DNA of 55,692 nucleotides from a virus (Duplodnaviria; Heunggongvirae; Uroviricota; Caudoviricetes): IMG/VR virus record IMGVR_UViG_2693429768_000005; one strand, 5' to 3'. Shown piece by piece: positions 28,724 to 36,289 of this stretch (position 1 is its first letter; each line of letters starts with the position of its first letter). The notes under the pieces were generated by a model. It saw only the letters and a program-made list of their open reading frames with translations, ran no database searches and was not told where the DNA came from. The position numbers and the translations under genes were made by a program.

Positions 28724-28740
28724 TTTTTAACTCCTGCGAT

Positions 28741-28812
28741 TCAGTTAACACTTAAAAGCACCGCAACGATGACGATCACTATAATCATGCAAAAGAAGTC
28801 TGCCTCTCTCAT
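28741..28812 (-). CDS. mini-ORF G (23 aa, MREADFFCMIIVIVIVAVLLSVN)
   Basis: ATG overlaps stop of ORF F (ATGA-type coupling). Confidence 0.45.
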   Translation of the reverse strand: MREADFFCMIIVIVIVAVLLSVN

Positions 28813-28889
28813 CTTTTTAACCCTCGATAAAAATCAACGGCAATAACCGCAATAACAGCCACCAGCAATAGCATTTCGTATGCGTTCAT
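28809..28889 (-). CDS. mini-ORF F (26 aa, MNAYEMLLLVAVIAVIAVDFYRGLKR)
   Basis: ATG overlaps stop of ORF E. Confidence 0.45.
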   Translation of the reverse strand: MNAYEMLLLVAVIAVIAVDFYRGLKR

Positions 28890-28984
28890 TTGATGCTACC
28901 CATAACAAGGCCGATGATGATAATTATGGCGATAATGCCCAACATCATCCCGCACATAATCGCCAGTAATTCGAATATATCCAT
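28886..28984 (-). CDS. mini-ORF E (32 aa, MDIFELLAIMCGMMLGIIAIIIIIGLVMGSIK)
   Basis: AGGTGA before ATG. Confidence 0.45.
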   Translation of the reverse strand: MDIFELLAIMCGMMLGIIAIIIIIGLVMGSIK

Positions 28985-28992
28985 GCCGTCAC

Positions 28993-29067
28993 CTATACAA
29001 CATTCTTCCACCAGAAATAGATAATGACGGCGACCAACGACCACCAGATGAGATCGTAAATACCCAT
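28993..29067 (-). CDS. mini-ORF D (24 aa, MGIYDLIWWSLVAVIIYFWWKNVV)
   Basis: GAAGGT SD. Confidence 0.45.
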   Translation of the reverse strand: MGIYDLIWWSLVAVIIYFWWKNVV

Positions 29068-29078
29068 TGCGAATACCT

Positions 29079-29153
29079 TCAGCTTTCAATGAATATCATG
29101 ATCGCCAGCCATACAGCGACGCAGGCAGAAAGTATAATTAGCGGGTCAATCAT
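29079..29153 (-). CDS. mini-ORF C (24 aa, MIDPLIILSACVAVWLAIMIFIES)
   Basis: GGGGTGA SD. Confidence 0.45.
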   Translation of the reverse strand: MIDPLIILSACVAVWLAIMIFIES

Positions 29154-29166
29154 ATTGTCACCCCAT

Positions 29167-29268
29167 TTAATACTTGCTCATTACGGTTATCAGTACGGCT
29201 ATAATAAAACCCACCAGAAATGCAGAAATACCGATTAATCCGGCAATGATGTAAGCGTCCATAATCAT
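29167..29268 (-). CDS. mini-ORF B (33 aa, MIMDAYIIAGLIGISAFLVGFIIAVLITVMSKY)
   Basis: ATG overlaps stop of ORF A (TAATG). Confidence 0.45.
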   Translation of the reverse strand: MIMDAYIIAGLIGISAFLVGFIIAVLITVMSKY

Positions 29269-29330
29269 TACTTCCACAACAAAAACAATATTACAGCCGC
29301 CGCCATTCCGATAAATAAATAAGCGTCCAT
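29268..29330 (-). CDS. mini-ORF A (20 aa, MDAYLFIGMAAAVILFLLWK)
   Basis: GAGGGTGATT-ATG, 2 bp after stop of HExxH gene. Confidence 0.45.
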   Translation of the reverse strand: MDAYLFIGMAAAVILFLLWK

Positions 29331-29332
29331 AA

Positions 29333-29884
29333 TCACCCTCGTTTAAAGCTCATCACACGCGGTACAAGCGCTTCTTTTGCTTTAGGCTTACGTTTGCCTT
29401 TCTTAGTGGGTTTTTCTTCTTCCTTCGGGTGTTCTGCCTGTTCTAACTGATCAAGTGTCTTCTCCACTACTTCAGCCGCCTGCATTGCTGCAACCTCCGC
29501 TTCGTTTGATTCAGCCAAGATCGGGAAGAATGCATCAAACATGCGCCCAATCAGGTAAGCATAAGTCTCGTTTGCGGGGTGGCTGTCATCAGTGGTAGCC
29601 AGCACACCGACATCACTTAAACAGTGAAAGGTAGCGTGGGCCACTTCATGGACCAGCGTGCCTAATTCATGGTCAAATACAGCAACAACATAGAAGTTAC
29701 CGCCGCCTTCACCAGTACAGGTTAACGTTAATCCACCAGCAAGCTCGAAGCCGGGATCGATTGGAATTCCTGCCTTTTCGCAAAACTCGTAGAACATGTC
29801 GCGGGTCGGGCAGAAGAAAACTGTTGTATGCTCAAAAAGCGGAATCTTGAATTGAGGCAACTTAATGCCTTTAGCCTTAGCCAT
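29333..29884 (-). CDS. HExxH-motif protein (putative zinc metallopeptidase-like) with Lys-rich C-terminal tail
   Basis: 183 aa; VFDHELGTLVHEVAHATFH contains HEVAH; coupled to mini-ORF array. Confidence 0.5.
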   Translation of the reverse strand: MAKAKGIKLPQFKIPLFEHTTVFFCPTRDMFYEFCEKAGIPIDPGFELAGGLTLTCTGEGGGNFYVVAVFDHELGTLVHEVAHATFHCLSDVGVLATTDDSHPANETYAYLIGRMFDAFFPILAESNEAEVAAMQAAEVVEKTLDQLEQAEHPKEEEKPTKKGKRKPKAKEALVPRVMSFKRG

Positions 29885-30220
29885 CAGAATATTCCTCTAT
29901 CCTGAAAAATATAACCCCCGCAAAACTGGACACCGCAGGGAGTGAAAACAGCTATAAAACACTGAAAACGGCGCTGCGTGAGTACCGTTTCCAGAATTTT
30001 ATAAAACTGGACCTGCTCAACATCTCTGGTAAACAGATCCGAACGCTCTTCCTACGCTTGGCAGGTGAGTAATGGCGCTTTCTTCTACCCAGGTAGCGCC
30101 TGACCTGTTAATGGGACTGTTGATCCGGTATTACGTGTTTTTGAATTTCCGCCGTCGCTCGCGGGAAGGATTGGCCCGGTTATGGCTGGCTAGCAGAAAC
30201 GGCGACACGTCCACGCGCTG

Positions 30221-30691
30221 TTATTCTTTGCGTAAGCACTGCGTTTTGATGTAGCCCTGAAGCGCGGTTATCTTCGCGTCTTTCTCTTTTAGTTGTTCTC
30301 TGAGGGATAAATAAGATTGTCGAGCAGAGGCATCAAGTTCGCAGGTGGCTCCATCAATGCGGCTGGCGGTTCCGGCGGGGTCGGACACTCGCACGGGTAT
30401 TGCGTTGACGCGCAACCGGATAGTACCGTTATCAATGCCAGTGCGCAGATCGGCAATGTCAGATCTGATAGCTTTAATCTCATCGTGATACCTCTTATCA
30501 AGTTTTGACAGTTCGGCGTTTCGCTCCTTCATCTGCTGAATAGTGTTACTTGCCGTTTTCAGTGCGCCTTTCGTTACCGTGACTTCTTCCTGCAACCTTG
30601 CCGCCTCACCCTGGTAATAACATGTTACGGCGGTCAGTCCGGCAATAATGCAAACAACAACGGCGATGATTAACGTCTTCACCTTGTCCAT
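30221..30691 (-). CDS. i-spanin (Rz-like)
   Basis: 156 aa, N-terminal TM then coiled coil; follows endolysin. Confidence 0.8.
   Translation of the reverse strand: MDKVKTLIIAVVVCIIAGLTAVTCYYQGEAARLQEEVTVTKGALKTASNTIQQMKERNAELSKLDKRYHDEIKAIRSDIADLRTGIDNGTIRLRVNAIPVRVSDPAGTASRIDGATCELDASARQSYLSLREQLKEKDAKITALQGYIKTQCLRKE
30289..30483 (-). CDS. o-spanin (Rz1-like lipoprotein) embedded in Rz
   Basis: +1-frame ORF inside Rz; lipobox LSGC; Pro-rich mature peptide. Confidence 0.75.
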   Translation of the reverse strand: MRLKLSDLTLPICALALITVLSGCASTQYPCECPTPPEPPAALMEPPANLMPLLDNLIYPSENN

Positions 30692-31170
30692 TTCTCACCC
30701 CATTCGCAAACGGCATATTCAACCTCGCGGCGGTTTACCAGGCCTTGCCACTTCTTACCGCCAGCGTATACCCAGCGTTTAAGCTGTGCGCACGCTTCTG
30801 ATTTCTTGCCGTCATTGAGTAGCTTTAATAAGGTTGATGTTTTGAAGTTGGTTGCGCCTACGTTATAGGCGAATGAATAAAGTGCTGCGCGGGTAAAATC
30901 TGATATTTCGACTTTAATATAGGGATCGATAGCTTTTGCGGTTTTATGCAGATCTTTGTTTAACAAAGCATCGCATTCTGATTGCGTGTAAGTTTTACCA
31001 AGCATGATGTCTTTTCCGGTGTGACCATGACAAACAGTCCACACACCAACAACATCACGATAAGGATCGTACTCCACGCCCTCTAATGGCTTAATCATCA
31101 CCGCCGCAATTGCTATCGCCCCACCAGCCGCCGCCGCAACAATCTTGTTTTTCAGCGATTGGCTAATCAT
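30679..31170 (-). CDS. SAR endolysin (lysozyme, T4/P21-type)
   Basis: 163 aa; Gly/Ala-rich N-terminal signal-anchor-release helix then E-x8-D-x5-T catalytic pattern. Confidence 0.85.
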   Translation of the reverse strand: MISQSLKNKIVAAAAGGAIAIAAVMIKPLEGVEYDPYRDVVGVWTVCHGHTGKDIMLGKTYTQSECDALLNKDLHKTAKAIDPYIKVEISDFTRAALYSFAYNVGATNFKTSTLLKLLNDGKKSEACAQLKRWVYAGGKKWQGLVNRREVEYAVCEWGEKWTR

Positions 31171-31371
31171 TTACTTGTTCCCCATTCGCGCGTCGTGTTC
31201 CTCTTGCGCTCGCTTGTTCTCCTGTGATTTAAAGTAATAATTAACGGCAAATGTGCCTACGGTTGATAAAATACCCACAAAGACGGCAATGTCATTGATG
31301 GTTATCGCGCCGAAAAAAGCAGTTACGGCCCCAGTCACATACGCGCACGCCTCCCGTATTCTGTCGAACAT
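31171..31371 (-). CDS. holin (pinholin-type, two TM helices)
   Basis: 66 aa, two hydrophobic helices and charged C-terminus; immediately upstream of SAR endolysin. Confidence 0.75.
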   Translation of the reverse strand: MFDRIREACAYVTGAVTAFFGAITINDIAVFVGILSTVGTFAVNYYFKSQENKRAQEEHDARMGNK

Positions 31372-31387
31372 AGATTTTCCTCCAACA

Positions 31388-31413
31388 AAGCAAAAACCCG
31401 GCGCGGGGCCGGG
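31388..31413 (-). terminator. tR-prime-like rho-independent terminator just upstream of holin
   Basis: CCCGGCCCCGCGCCGGG hairpin followed by TTTTTG on minus strand, 17 bp before holin ATG. Confidence 0.55.
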
Positions 31414-31441
31414 TAATTACAATTTCGCATTGTTAGGAAAT

Positions 31442-31470
31442 ATTTTAATCTGTTTGTTTGCGCTCTACAA
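31442..31470 (-). promoter_or_regulatory. candidate pR-prime-like late promoter
   Basis: minus-strand TTGTAG-N17-TAAAAT about 35 nt upstream of the terminator hairpin. Confidence 0.4.
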
Positions 31471-31478
31471 ATACGGCG

Positions 31479-31706
31479 TTAACGATAAGGTCCAAGCAAA
31501 CGAACAAGCCATTCTTTGTATTTGACGGCAACGTGTTTTGGTGCAAAATATCCTTGCACTTCCTTACCGCCTCGCCACTCCCTTCTAAATTCGCACTCGT
31601 TTTGATACTCCTTTCCGCTTTTACTATCCAGCCAGCAAGCAGGTGAGTAACCTTTTTCACTTCCGAACCGATGCCATATTGATGACAGTAAAACCCTTTC
31701 TTCCAT
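31479..31706 (-). CDS. hypothetical protein (75 aa)
   Basis: ORF with G-rich SD. Confidence 0.35.
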   Translation of the reverse strand: MEERVLLSSIWHRFGSEKGYSPACWLDSKSGKEYQNECEFRREWRGGKEVQGYFAPKHVAVKYKEWLVRLLGPYR

Positions 31707-31729
31707 ATTGCCCCCCAACAAATACGGCT

Positions 31730-31906
31730 TTACGCTGTTCTGTATATCAGTCCGTTATCAAGCAATGTTTGCATGTGTTCGCGATCCATGTCGCTTAATT
31801 CCCAATAAGGAACATCTTCATTCCTTATCATCACCTCTTCGCCTCTTACCAAATAGGCGATGTCAAATACCTTATGCAAATAGATGCCATCTTCGATCTC
31901 GTTCAT
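31730..31906 (-). CDS. hypothetical protein (58 aa)
   Basis: ATG overlaps stop of upstream ORF (ATGA). Confidence 0.35.
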   Translation of the reverse strand: MNEIEDGIYLHKVFDIAYLVRGEEVMIRNEDVPYWELSDMDREHMQTLLDNGLIYRTA

Positions 31907-32085
31907 AGGTCGCTAGCCTTTACCAGTTCACCAGCATCAAGAAATATTTTAATTGTTTCTCGCGTCGTCTTAATGATTGGCGCTACCCACTCGCCACCGC
32001 CAACGCGGATACGAATATCATCGCCTTCTACGCGGTAAAACAGCCTGTCGACTACTGTTGCTGCGTACACGCCATCTTCAATCAT
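31903..32085 (-). CDS. hypothetical protein
   Basis: ORF; start uncertain. Confidence 0.3.
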   Translation of the reverse strand: MIEDGVYAATVVDRLFYRVEGDDIRIRVGGGEWVAPIIKTTRETIKIFLDAGELVKASDL

Positions 32086-32344
32086 TTTTGCGCTCCTTAA
32101 TGGCTCGCATGATGTTAATACGCATAGCGTCACTGAATGCGTATATCGTAATGAAAGGCCAGAAGACTAGCTCGAACCAAATAATGCCGTCACTATCAAC
32201 AGCTTTCTGAAAAGCGCCCATTAAAATGACACCAGCCAGGTAAATTATAACTACCGCAACAATAATGCATTCAATCATCTTCACCCCCAAGATCATGATA
32301 AATATCGTTAGGGTCTTCACCATGTTCCTCGCAAAAACGCTCAA
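32078..32344 (-). CDS. hypothetical membrane protein (88 aa, 2-3 TM)
   Basis: hydrophobic segments. Confidence 0.4.
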   Translation of the reverse strand: MSVFARNMVKTLTIFIMILGVKMIECIIVAVVIIYLAGVILMGAFQKAVDSDGIIWFELVFWPFITIYAFSDAMRINIMRAIKERKND

Positions 32345-32402
32345 ATAGCGCCCAATGTTCAGAAAGAAACATGATTAATAAATTTTTATACCACTCTTCC
32401 AT

Positions 32403-32657
32403 TTAATCATCCTCATCGTCTTCATGTTCAGCCAGGAACTCATCAACCACGCGGCAAGTCACTGGCGGGATGTATTCGAAATCATCAGAATCAAGATCAA
32501 GCGTCCGGCTGTCGCCGTCATCGTCCAGCGTATTCATCCCTAACTCACCGAAAGGGCCATACCCAATATGGCCCAGGTATTCGCATCCAGTAGTAAAGCC
32601 AGGGTATTCGCCTTTGCACCAGATCTTGTATAGCTTACTTGATGCGCTCAATTTCAA
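32403..32657 (-). CDS. hypothetical acidic protein (84 aa)
   Basis: ORF. Confidence 0.35.
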   Translation of the reverse strand: MKLSASSKLYKIWCKGEYPGFTTGCEYLGHIGYGPFGELGMNTLDDDGDSRTLDLDSDDFEYIPPVTCRVVDEFLAEHEDDEDD

Positions 32658-32958
32658 TTCCCCCTTCTACCCCTTCAGTCATTTTGTATTCCGCAAACAG
32701 TTCAGCGCCAAGTAATTCGACATCAGTATCACCAATACCAGGGAACGCCAGATAAGCAAAAATAAGGCTTTTAATTCTATTCAGGTCTTCAAGATGGTCT
32801 GCATTAAAAGGCGGTTCAGTTACATGGAAGCATTTAACGTGCGCGTCGTCTTCAGTGGCTACACGGAAACATGCGCCAGGTTGTCCGGCGAATTGCCCTA
32901 ATGTTTCCTTGCTCGGTAAAGTGCCACGAAAAACTTTAACGCTAATAAATTTAGACAT
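32635..32958 (-). CDS. hypothetical protein (107 aa)
   Basis: ORF. Confidence 0.35.
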   Translation of the reverse strand: MSKFISVKVFRGTLPSKETLGQFAGQPGACFRVATEDDAHVKCFHVTEPPFNADHLEDLNRIKSLIFAYLAFPGIGDTDVELLGAELFAEYKMTEGVEGGIEIERIK

Positions 32959-32961
32959 TTA

Positions 32962-33219
32962 TTATTCTCCTTCATAAAGAATTGCCACCAGTTCGGCATC
33001 TGTTAGCGTGTTGTGATCTTTATAAGTACCGTAGCGGGCAACGAAAGCTATTTCGCCAGCTATTTTCCGCCACATAGGGATAGACTCATTAAAATAGGTA
33101 TTCTCCATTGCCTCCCTGTACGCCAGTTCATAAAAACGCCCGCTATTTACATCTTCAATAACGCGGCTGTATGTGCCATCAACGCTACTAACGCCGCGCC
33201 ACAGCCTGAACACAACCAT
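32962..33219 (-). CDS. hypothetical protein (85 aa)
   Basis: ORF. Confidence 0.35.
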   Translation of the reverse strand: MVVFRLWRGVSSVDGTYSRVIEDVNSGRFYELAYREAMENTYFNESIPMWRKIAGEIAFVARYGTYKDHNTLTDAELVAILYEGE

Positions 33220-33221
33220 AA

Positions 33222-33521
33222 TTAAAACTCCGCACCAGGTAAGCTACGCGCTTTATTTACAACATCTTGTTTTAACAATAATAGTGAGTGATAATGCATG
33301 TTAAACATTCTGCAAAGTGGTGTTTCACTATTTTCTGACTTAATTTTGAATAACTGGTTTGCAGTAAAAATCATGTCGTCGTCTGTTATGTATAACCAGT
33401 CGCCGCGCTTACCAACAACAATATGAGATTTTCCCCAGCTATCTTTAAATTCATAATTGCAGAAAACATCACCTTTAGGCACTTCAACAAAACAGCACGC
33501 TATGAATTTATCGCTTTTCAT
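33222..33521 (-). CDS. hypothetical protein (99 aa)
   Basis: ORF. Confidence 0.35.
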   Translation of the reverse strand: MKSDKFIACCFVEVPKGDVFCNYEFKDSWGKSHIVVGKRGDWLYITDDDMIFTANQLFKIKSENSETPLCRMFNMHYHSLLLLKQDVVNKARSLPGAEF

Positions 33522-33563
33522 GATTCAACCCTTCTGGTTTGATGGGCCATCCGACCCCGTGCT

Positions 33564-33704
33564 TTATCCTTCTTTGCCTCCCTTGAACCCCAAACACTCC
33601 GCGTATTCGTCAATGCTTAATGCTTCTTCACCTGGTGCCAGTAGTTCGAAGTATCTGGCATATAACTCAAACACCCAGGCAGGATATTTTGCGTTTGCGT
33701 TCAT
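33564..33704 (-). CDS. hypothetical protein (46 aa from internal ATG)
   Basis: internal ATG with G-rich SD; longer ORF would run into intergenic motif pair. Confidence 0.3.
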   Translation of the reverse strand: MNANAKYPAWVFELYARYFELLAPGEEALSIDEYAECLGFKGGKEG

Positions 33705-33820
33705 CTTCTTGCCCCCCCATCCGTCTTTCTGTGGCTTATATATAACAAAATGGCACTGCCGAAACAATGCCATTTTGTATACATTGTGATACGAGTCACA
33801 TTTTGCGCAATTAACTTTTA

Positions 33821-34087
33821 TCAGAAAGCCCCTTTATAATCGACCGTGTATTTTGCCACCAATTTCCATTCACAATAATTTTCCATGTCGCGCGGTTGCC
33901 AGCCTTTCATCCCGACAGCACTCCGCGCAGCGTGACGGCGACAATTGTCGTTAAGATCTACAACACACCACGGCTGAAGGATAAACATGTATTGCGCCTC
34001 GTTAACAAGGATCGCCATCTGCTTTCCTGTTGCCTTATCTTTCGCCCGGAAATAACTTACCCCGATTTTCATTTTTAATAACCTCAA
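33821..34087 (-). CDS. hypothetical protein
   Basis: ORF; start uncertain. Confidence 0.3.
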   Translation of the reverse strand: MRLLKMKIGVSYFRAKDKATGKQMAILVNEAQYMFILQPWCVVDLNDNCRRHAARSAVGMKGWQPRDMENYCEWKLVAKYTVDYKGAF

Positions 34088-34283
34088 TCAACATTTCTTC
34101 TTCCAGGTTAGCCGGACGTTTACGAAATATCCCGGCAAAAACCAGATCGTCGAGTAGGTCTTTACGCTTAAATAACCACTCCTTCATTATTACCCCGTCG
34201 TCGCTGCGATATACGACGCCGTTTTTCAGAAAATAAAAAGTACGGGTGTTTGTCTGGAGGTATAGATCTTCGTAAACGTCCAT
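34035..34283 (-). CDS. hypothetical protein (82 aa)
   Basis: ORF. Confidence 0.3.
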   Translation of the reverse strand: MDVYEDLYLQTNTRTFYFLKNGVVYRSDDGVIMKEWLFKRKDLLDDLVFAGIFRKRPANLEEEMLIEVIKNENRGKLFPGER

Positions 34284-34287
34284 GATG

Positions 34288-34515
34288 TTAACCCTCGACT
34301 ACTTCCAGCCCGCGACCCTTGTCGCCTACGAACTCTGCCAGGCTGAATGTATACGACCACGCCGGATTTATGTGATGGTCATCAGCGCCAGCGGCAATTA
34401 GGTCAGCACCGTTAATCATGCAAGTGACACCATCGCTATGAACGACGTTAACCACCTTACCAACAACCTGTTTCAGTGACGGATAACCGTGATCATGCAA
34501 GAATTTGACTTTCAT
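34288..34515 (-). CDS. hypothetical protein (75 aa)
   Basis: ORF. Confidence 0.35.
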   Translation of the reverse strand: MKVKFLHDHGYPSLKQVVGKVVNVVHSDGVTCMINGADLIAAGADDHHINPAWSYTFSLAEFVGDKGRGLEVVEG

Positions 34516-34517
34516 CT

Positions 34518-34796
34518 TTACCTCTTATAAGTAACAGCATCAGAGATCAATAACACCGCCAACATCTCACCGTTATGTAACGGATCTGGAATACCAAAAA
34601 ATATATCGCTTTTACTGTCAGGCACTACTACGCGCATATTTCCCTGTTTGTCTTCATGCACGAACCACGGCTTTTCGTGTGGCTCAAACATGCCGAAAAG
34701 CAATTTAAGATCTATCTCTTCGCCCTTCGTGAATAACGAAACATCCGTTGTGGCTATAACTAACGCTTTCTGATCTGCTGTTTTCTTAGTTCTCAT
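34518..34796 (-). CDS. hypothetical protein (92 aa)
   Basis: ORF. Confidence 0.35.
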   Translation of the reverse strand: MRTKKTADQKALVIATTDVSLFTKGEEIDLKLLFGMFEPHEKPWFVHEDKQGNMRVVVPDSKSDIFFGIPDPLHNGEMLAVLLISDAVTYKR

Positions 34797-35071
34797 TCCT
34801 CTGTCTCCCAGCGTTCAATGCTGATTAAGAAGTCCCGGATAGCATGGCGTTCGTCGCGCGTTGGTTTGCGTTTCCGGTAAATCCTGAAATCGAACCATTC
34901 TTTTTCCTGCTCAAAATCCAGATCGTAAGCAAGCGCCTCAATGTATCCACATTCGTGATACCAGTACGCAATGCCAGCACGAACAAAAAAGCGGGTTTTA
35001 TCCCGCTTGTGTTCATAGATACGCATATTCACCCCGTTAAGCAGTTGTGTAGCTGTCCACCAGCTTTTCAT
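34793..35071 (-). CDS. hypothetical protein (92 aa)
   Basis: ORF. Confidence 0.35.
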   Translation of the reverse strand: MKSWWTATQLLNGVNMRIYEHKRDKTRFFVRAGIAYWYHECGYIEALAYDLDFEQEKEWFDFRIYRKRKPTRDERHAIRDFLISIERWETEE

Positions 35072-35267
35072 CTTTCATTCTGGCAAGCTGGGCGATGTTC
35101 ATCGTGTAGCCGCCATCGGAGAAAAGCCACTCTGCCGTCTTGCGACGAAAAGAAATATCATCATAGTTGCGCGTCCATGTAGTGATCGCTACGCGTTTCC
35201 CATCAGTGGCGAACATAGATAACGCGTTATCAACTACGTCGATAGCCTGCCAGATTTTTAGATCCAT
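35037..35267 (-). CDS. hypothetical protein (76 aa)
   Basis: ORF. Confidence 0.3.
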   Translation of the reverse strand: MDLKIWQAIDVVDNALSMFATDGKRVAITTWTRNYDDISFRRKTAEWLFSDGGYTMNIAQLARMKDEKLVDSYTTA

Positions 35268-35623
35268 GATTTATCCCCGTAAATTTTGAATAATTCCCGC
35301 GCTTCCTGATCTTCGAATAGCTTTATATGCAGATCATGCAGGCGGCGCATAGTGCGGAAGCGCGGTCTGAATTCCTGGTTTCTTTTAATGTACTTACCAC
35401 CAATTGAATAAATATGACCGTATGCATACCATCTATTACCCACCCAAATTAGATATTCTTCACCCTCATAATTAAATCTGATTGTAAGCTCGTCAACCTC
35501 CATTATTAATCCTTTGTCGAGGATGTCGTTTAGCATATCATCCCATTCTTTGAGAAACGGTCGTTGATACATACCGAAAATTGTATTTGCAGCGTGGCAA
35601 AGGTAATCAATGATTATCTGCAT
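35258..35623 (-). CDS. hypothetical protein (121 aa)
   Basis: ORF. Confidence 0.35.
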   Translation of the reverse strand: MQIIIDYLCHAANTIFGMYQRPFLKEWDDMLNDILDKGLIMEVDELTIRFNYEGEEYLIWVGNRWYAYGHIYSIGGKYIKRNQEFRPRFRTMRRLHDLHIKLFEDQEARELFKIYGDKSWI

Positions 35624-35627
35624 ATTA

Positions 35628-35843
35628 TCACCACATCATATAGTAAACGTTATCGTAAGCTAATTGATCCGCGTCTTCTTGCGTCATGTGCCGCGCTTCC
35701 AGAAAGAAATCTTCGTTATGCCATTCACTAACAAGCATTCGCGCCCATTTGCGGCGCTGGCGCTTATTGCGTCGCAGATCATCAAAAGCCTTTAATGCTT
35801 TGTCGTATGCCCTTACAAGGCGTTTGCGGTTACTTTTCATCAT
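35628..35843 (-). CDS. hypothetical basic protein (71 aa)
   Basis: ORF. Confidence 0.35.
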   Translation of the reverse strand: MMKSNRKRLVRAYDKALKAFDDLRRNKRQRRKWARMLVSEWHNEDFFLEARHMTQEDADQLAYDNVYYMMW

Positions 35844-36108
35844 TGTGATCCTTTAAACAGTCGTTATAGCCTTCAATGTATCCGGTTAATCCAGTGTTAC
35901 TAACCGACCAGTCAGCCGAACGGCGCTTGATGGCCTTGTCCATAGTCATAGCATCAACCGGATCTGTTAAGTCTATATATTTCCGCAATTCCGTAACTAT
36001 TACCGCCCTTAATTGTTGTGCATTTGAGTACGTCCTTGCTTTGTCAGTTATTCCGTTTACAAGCTCTCTAAATTCATGATCCTTTAATTTAGGCTTCATT
36101 ATCGTCAC
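35830..36108 (-). CDS. hypothetical protein (92 aa)
   Basis: ORF. Confidence 0.35.
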   Translation of the reverse strand: MTIMKPKLKDHEFRELVNGITDKARTYSNAQQLRAVIVTELRKYIDLTDPVDAMTMDKAIKRRSADWSVSNTGLTGYIEGYNDCLKDHNDEK

Positions 36109-36289
36109 CCCGCTTGTAAATTTTGACAGGCTTAATTGGCACGGCAGGTAATTCGCCTTCGTTTAATGCGCTTGCCATGCCTAATATTAAACGCGCCTCT
36201 GCACCAGTTACTTTCTTACACCATGCGCCGCCCGTTTTATCTTCGAACAAGATAACAGCAAACTGATCGTTTATTTCCAGCTTATCCAT
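36089..36289 (-). CDS. hypothetical protein (66 aa)
   Basis: ORF coupled to Q stop. Confidence 0.35.
   Translation of the reverse strand: MDKLEINDQFAVILFEDKTGGAWCKKVTGAEARLILGMASALNEGELPAVPIKPVKIYKRGDDNEA

Noticed and set aside
28886-29089. 67-aa ORF from the six-frame track
   Set aside because: Out of frame with better-supported mini-ORFs that have their own SDs and coupling; only its C-terminal 32 aa (mini-ORF E) is retained.
29885-30220. tRNA or other structured RNA gene in the non-coding gap
   Set aside because: No cloverleaf with conserved tRNA features could be drawn; only simple hairpins.
31735-31750. LexA (SOS) box near CTGTATATCAG
   Set aside because: Lacks the second half-site ACAG at the correct spacing.
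33743-33760. Sigma-54 promoter (TGGCAC...)
   Set aside because: TGGCAC is present but the -12 element is absent; it is one arm of the inverted motif pair.
33704-33773. N-terminal extension of the 33564-33773 ORF (and likewise 38390-38489)
   Set aside because: The extension would run through the intergenic motif pair; an internal ATG with a strong SD gives a more plausible start.
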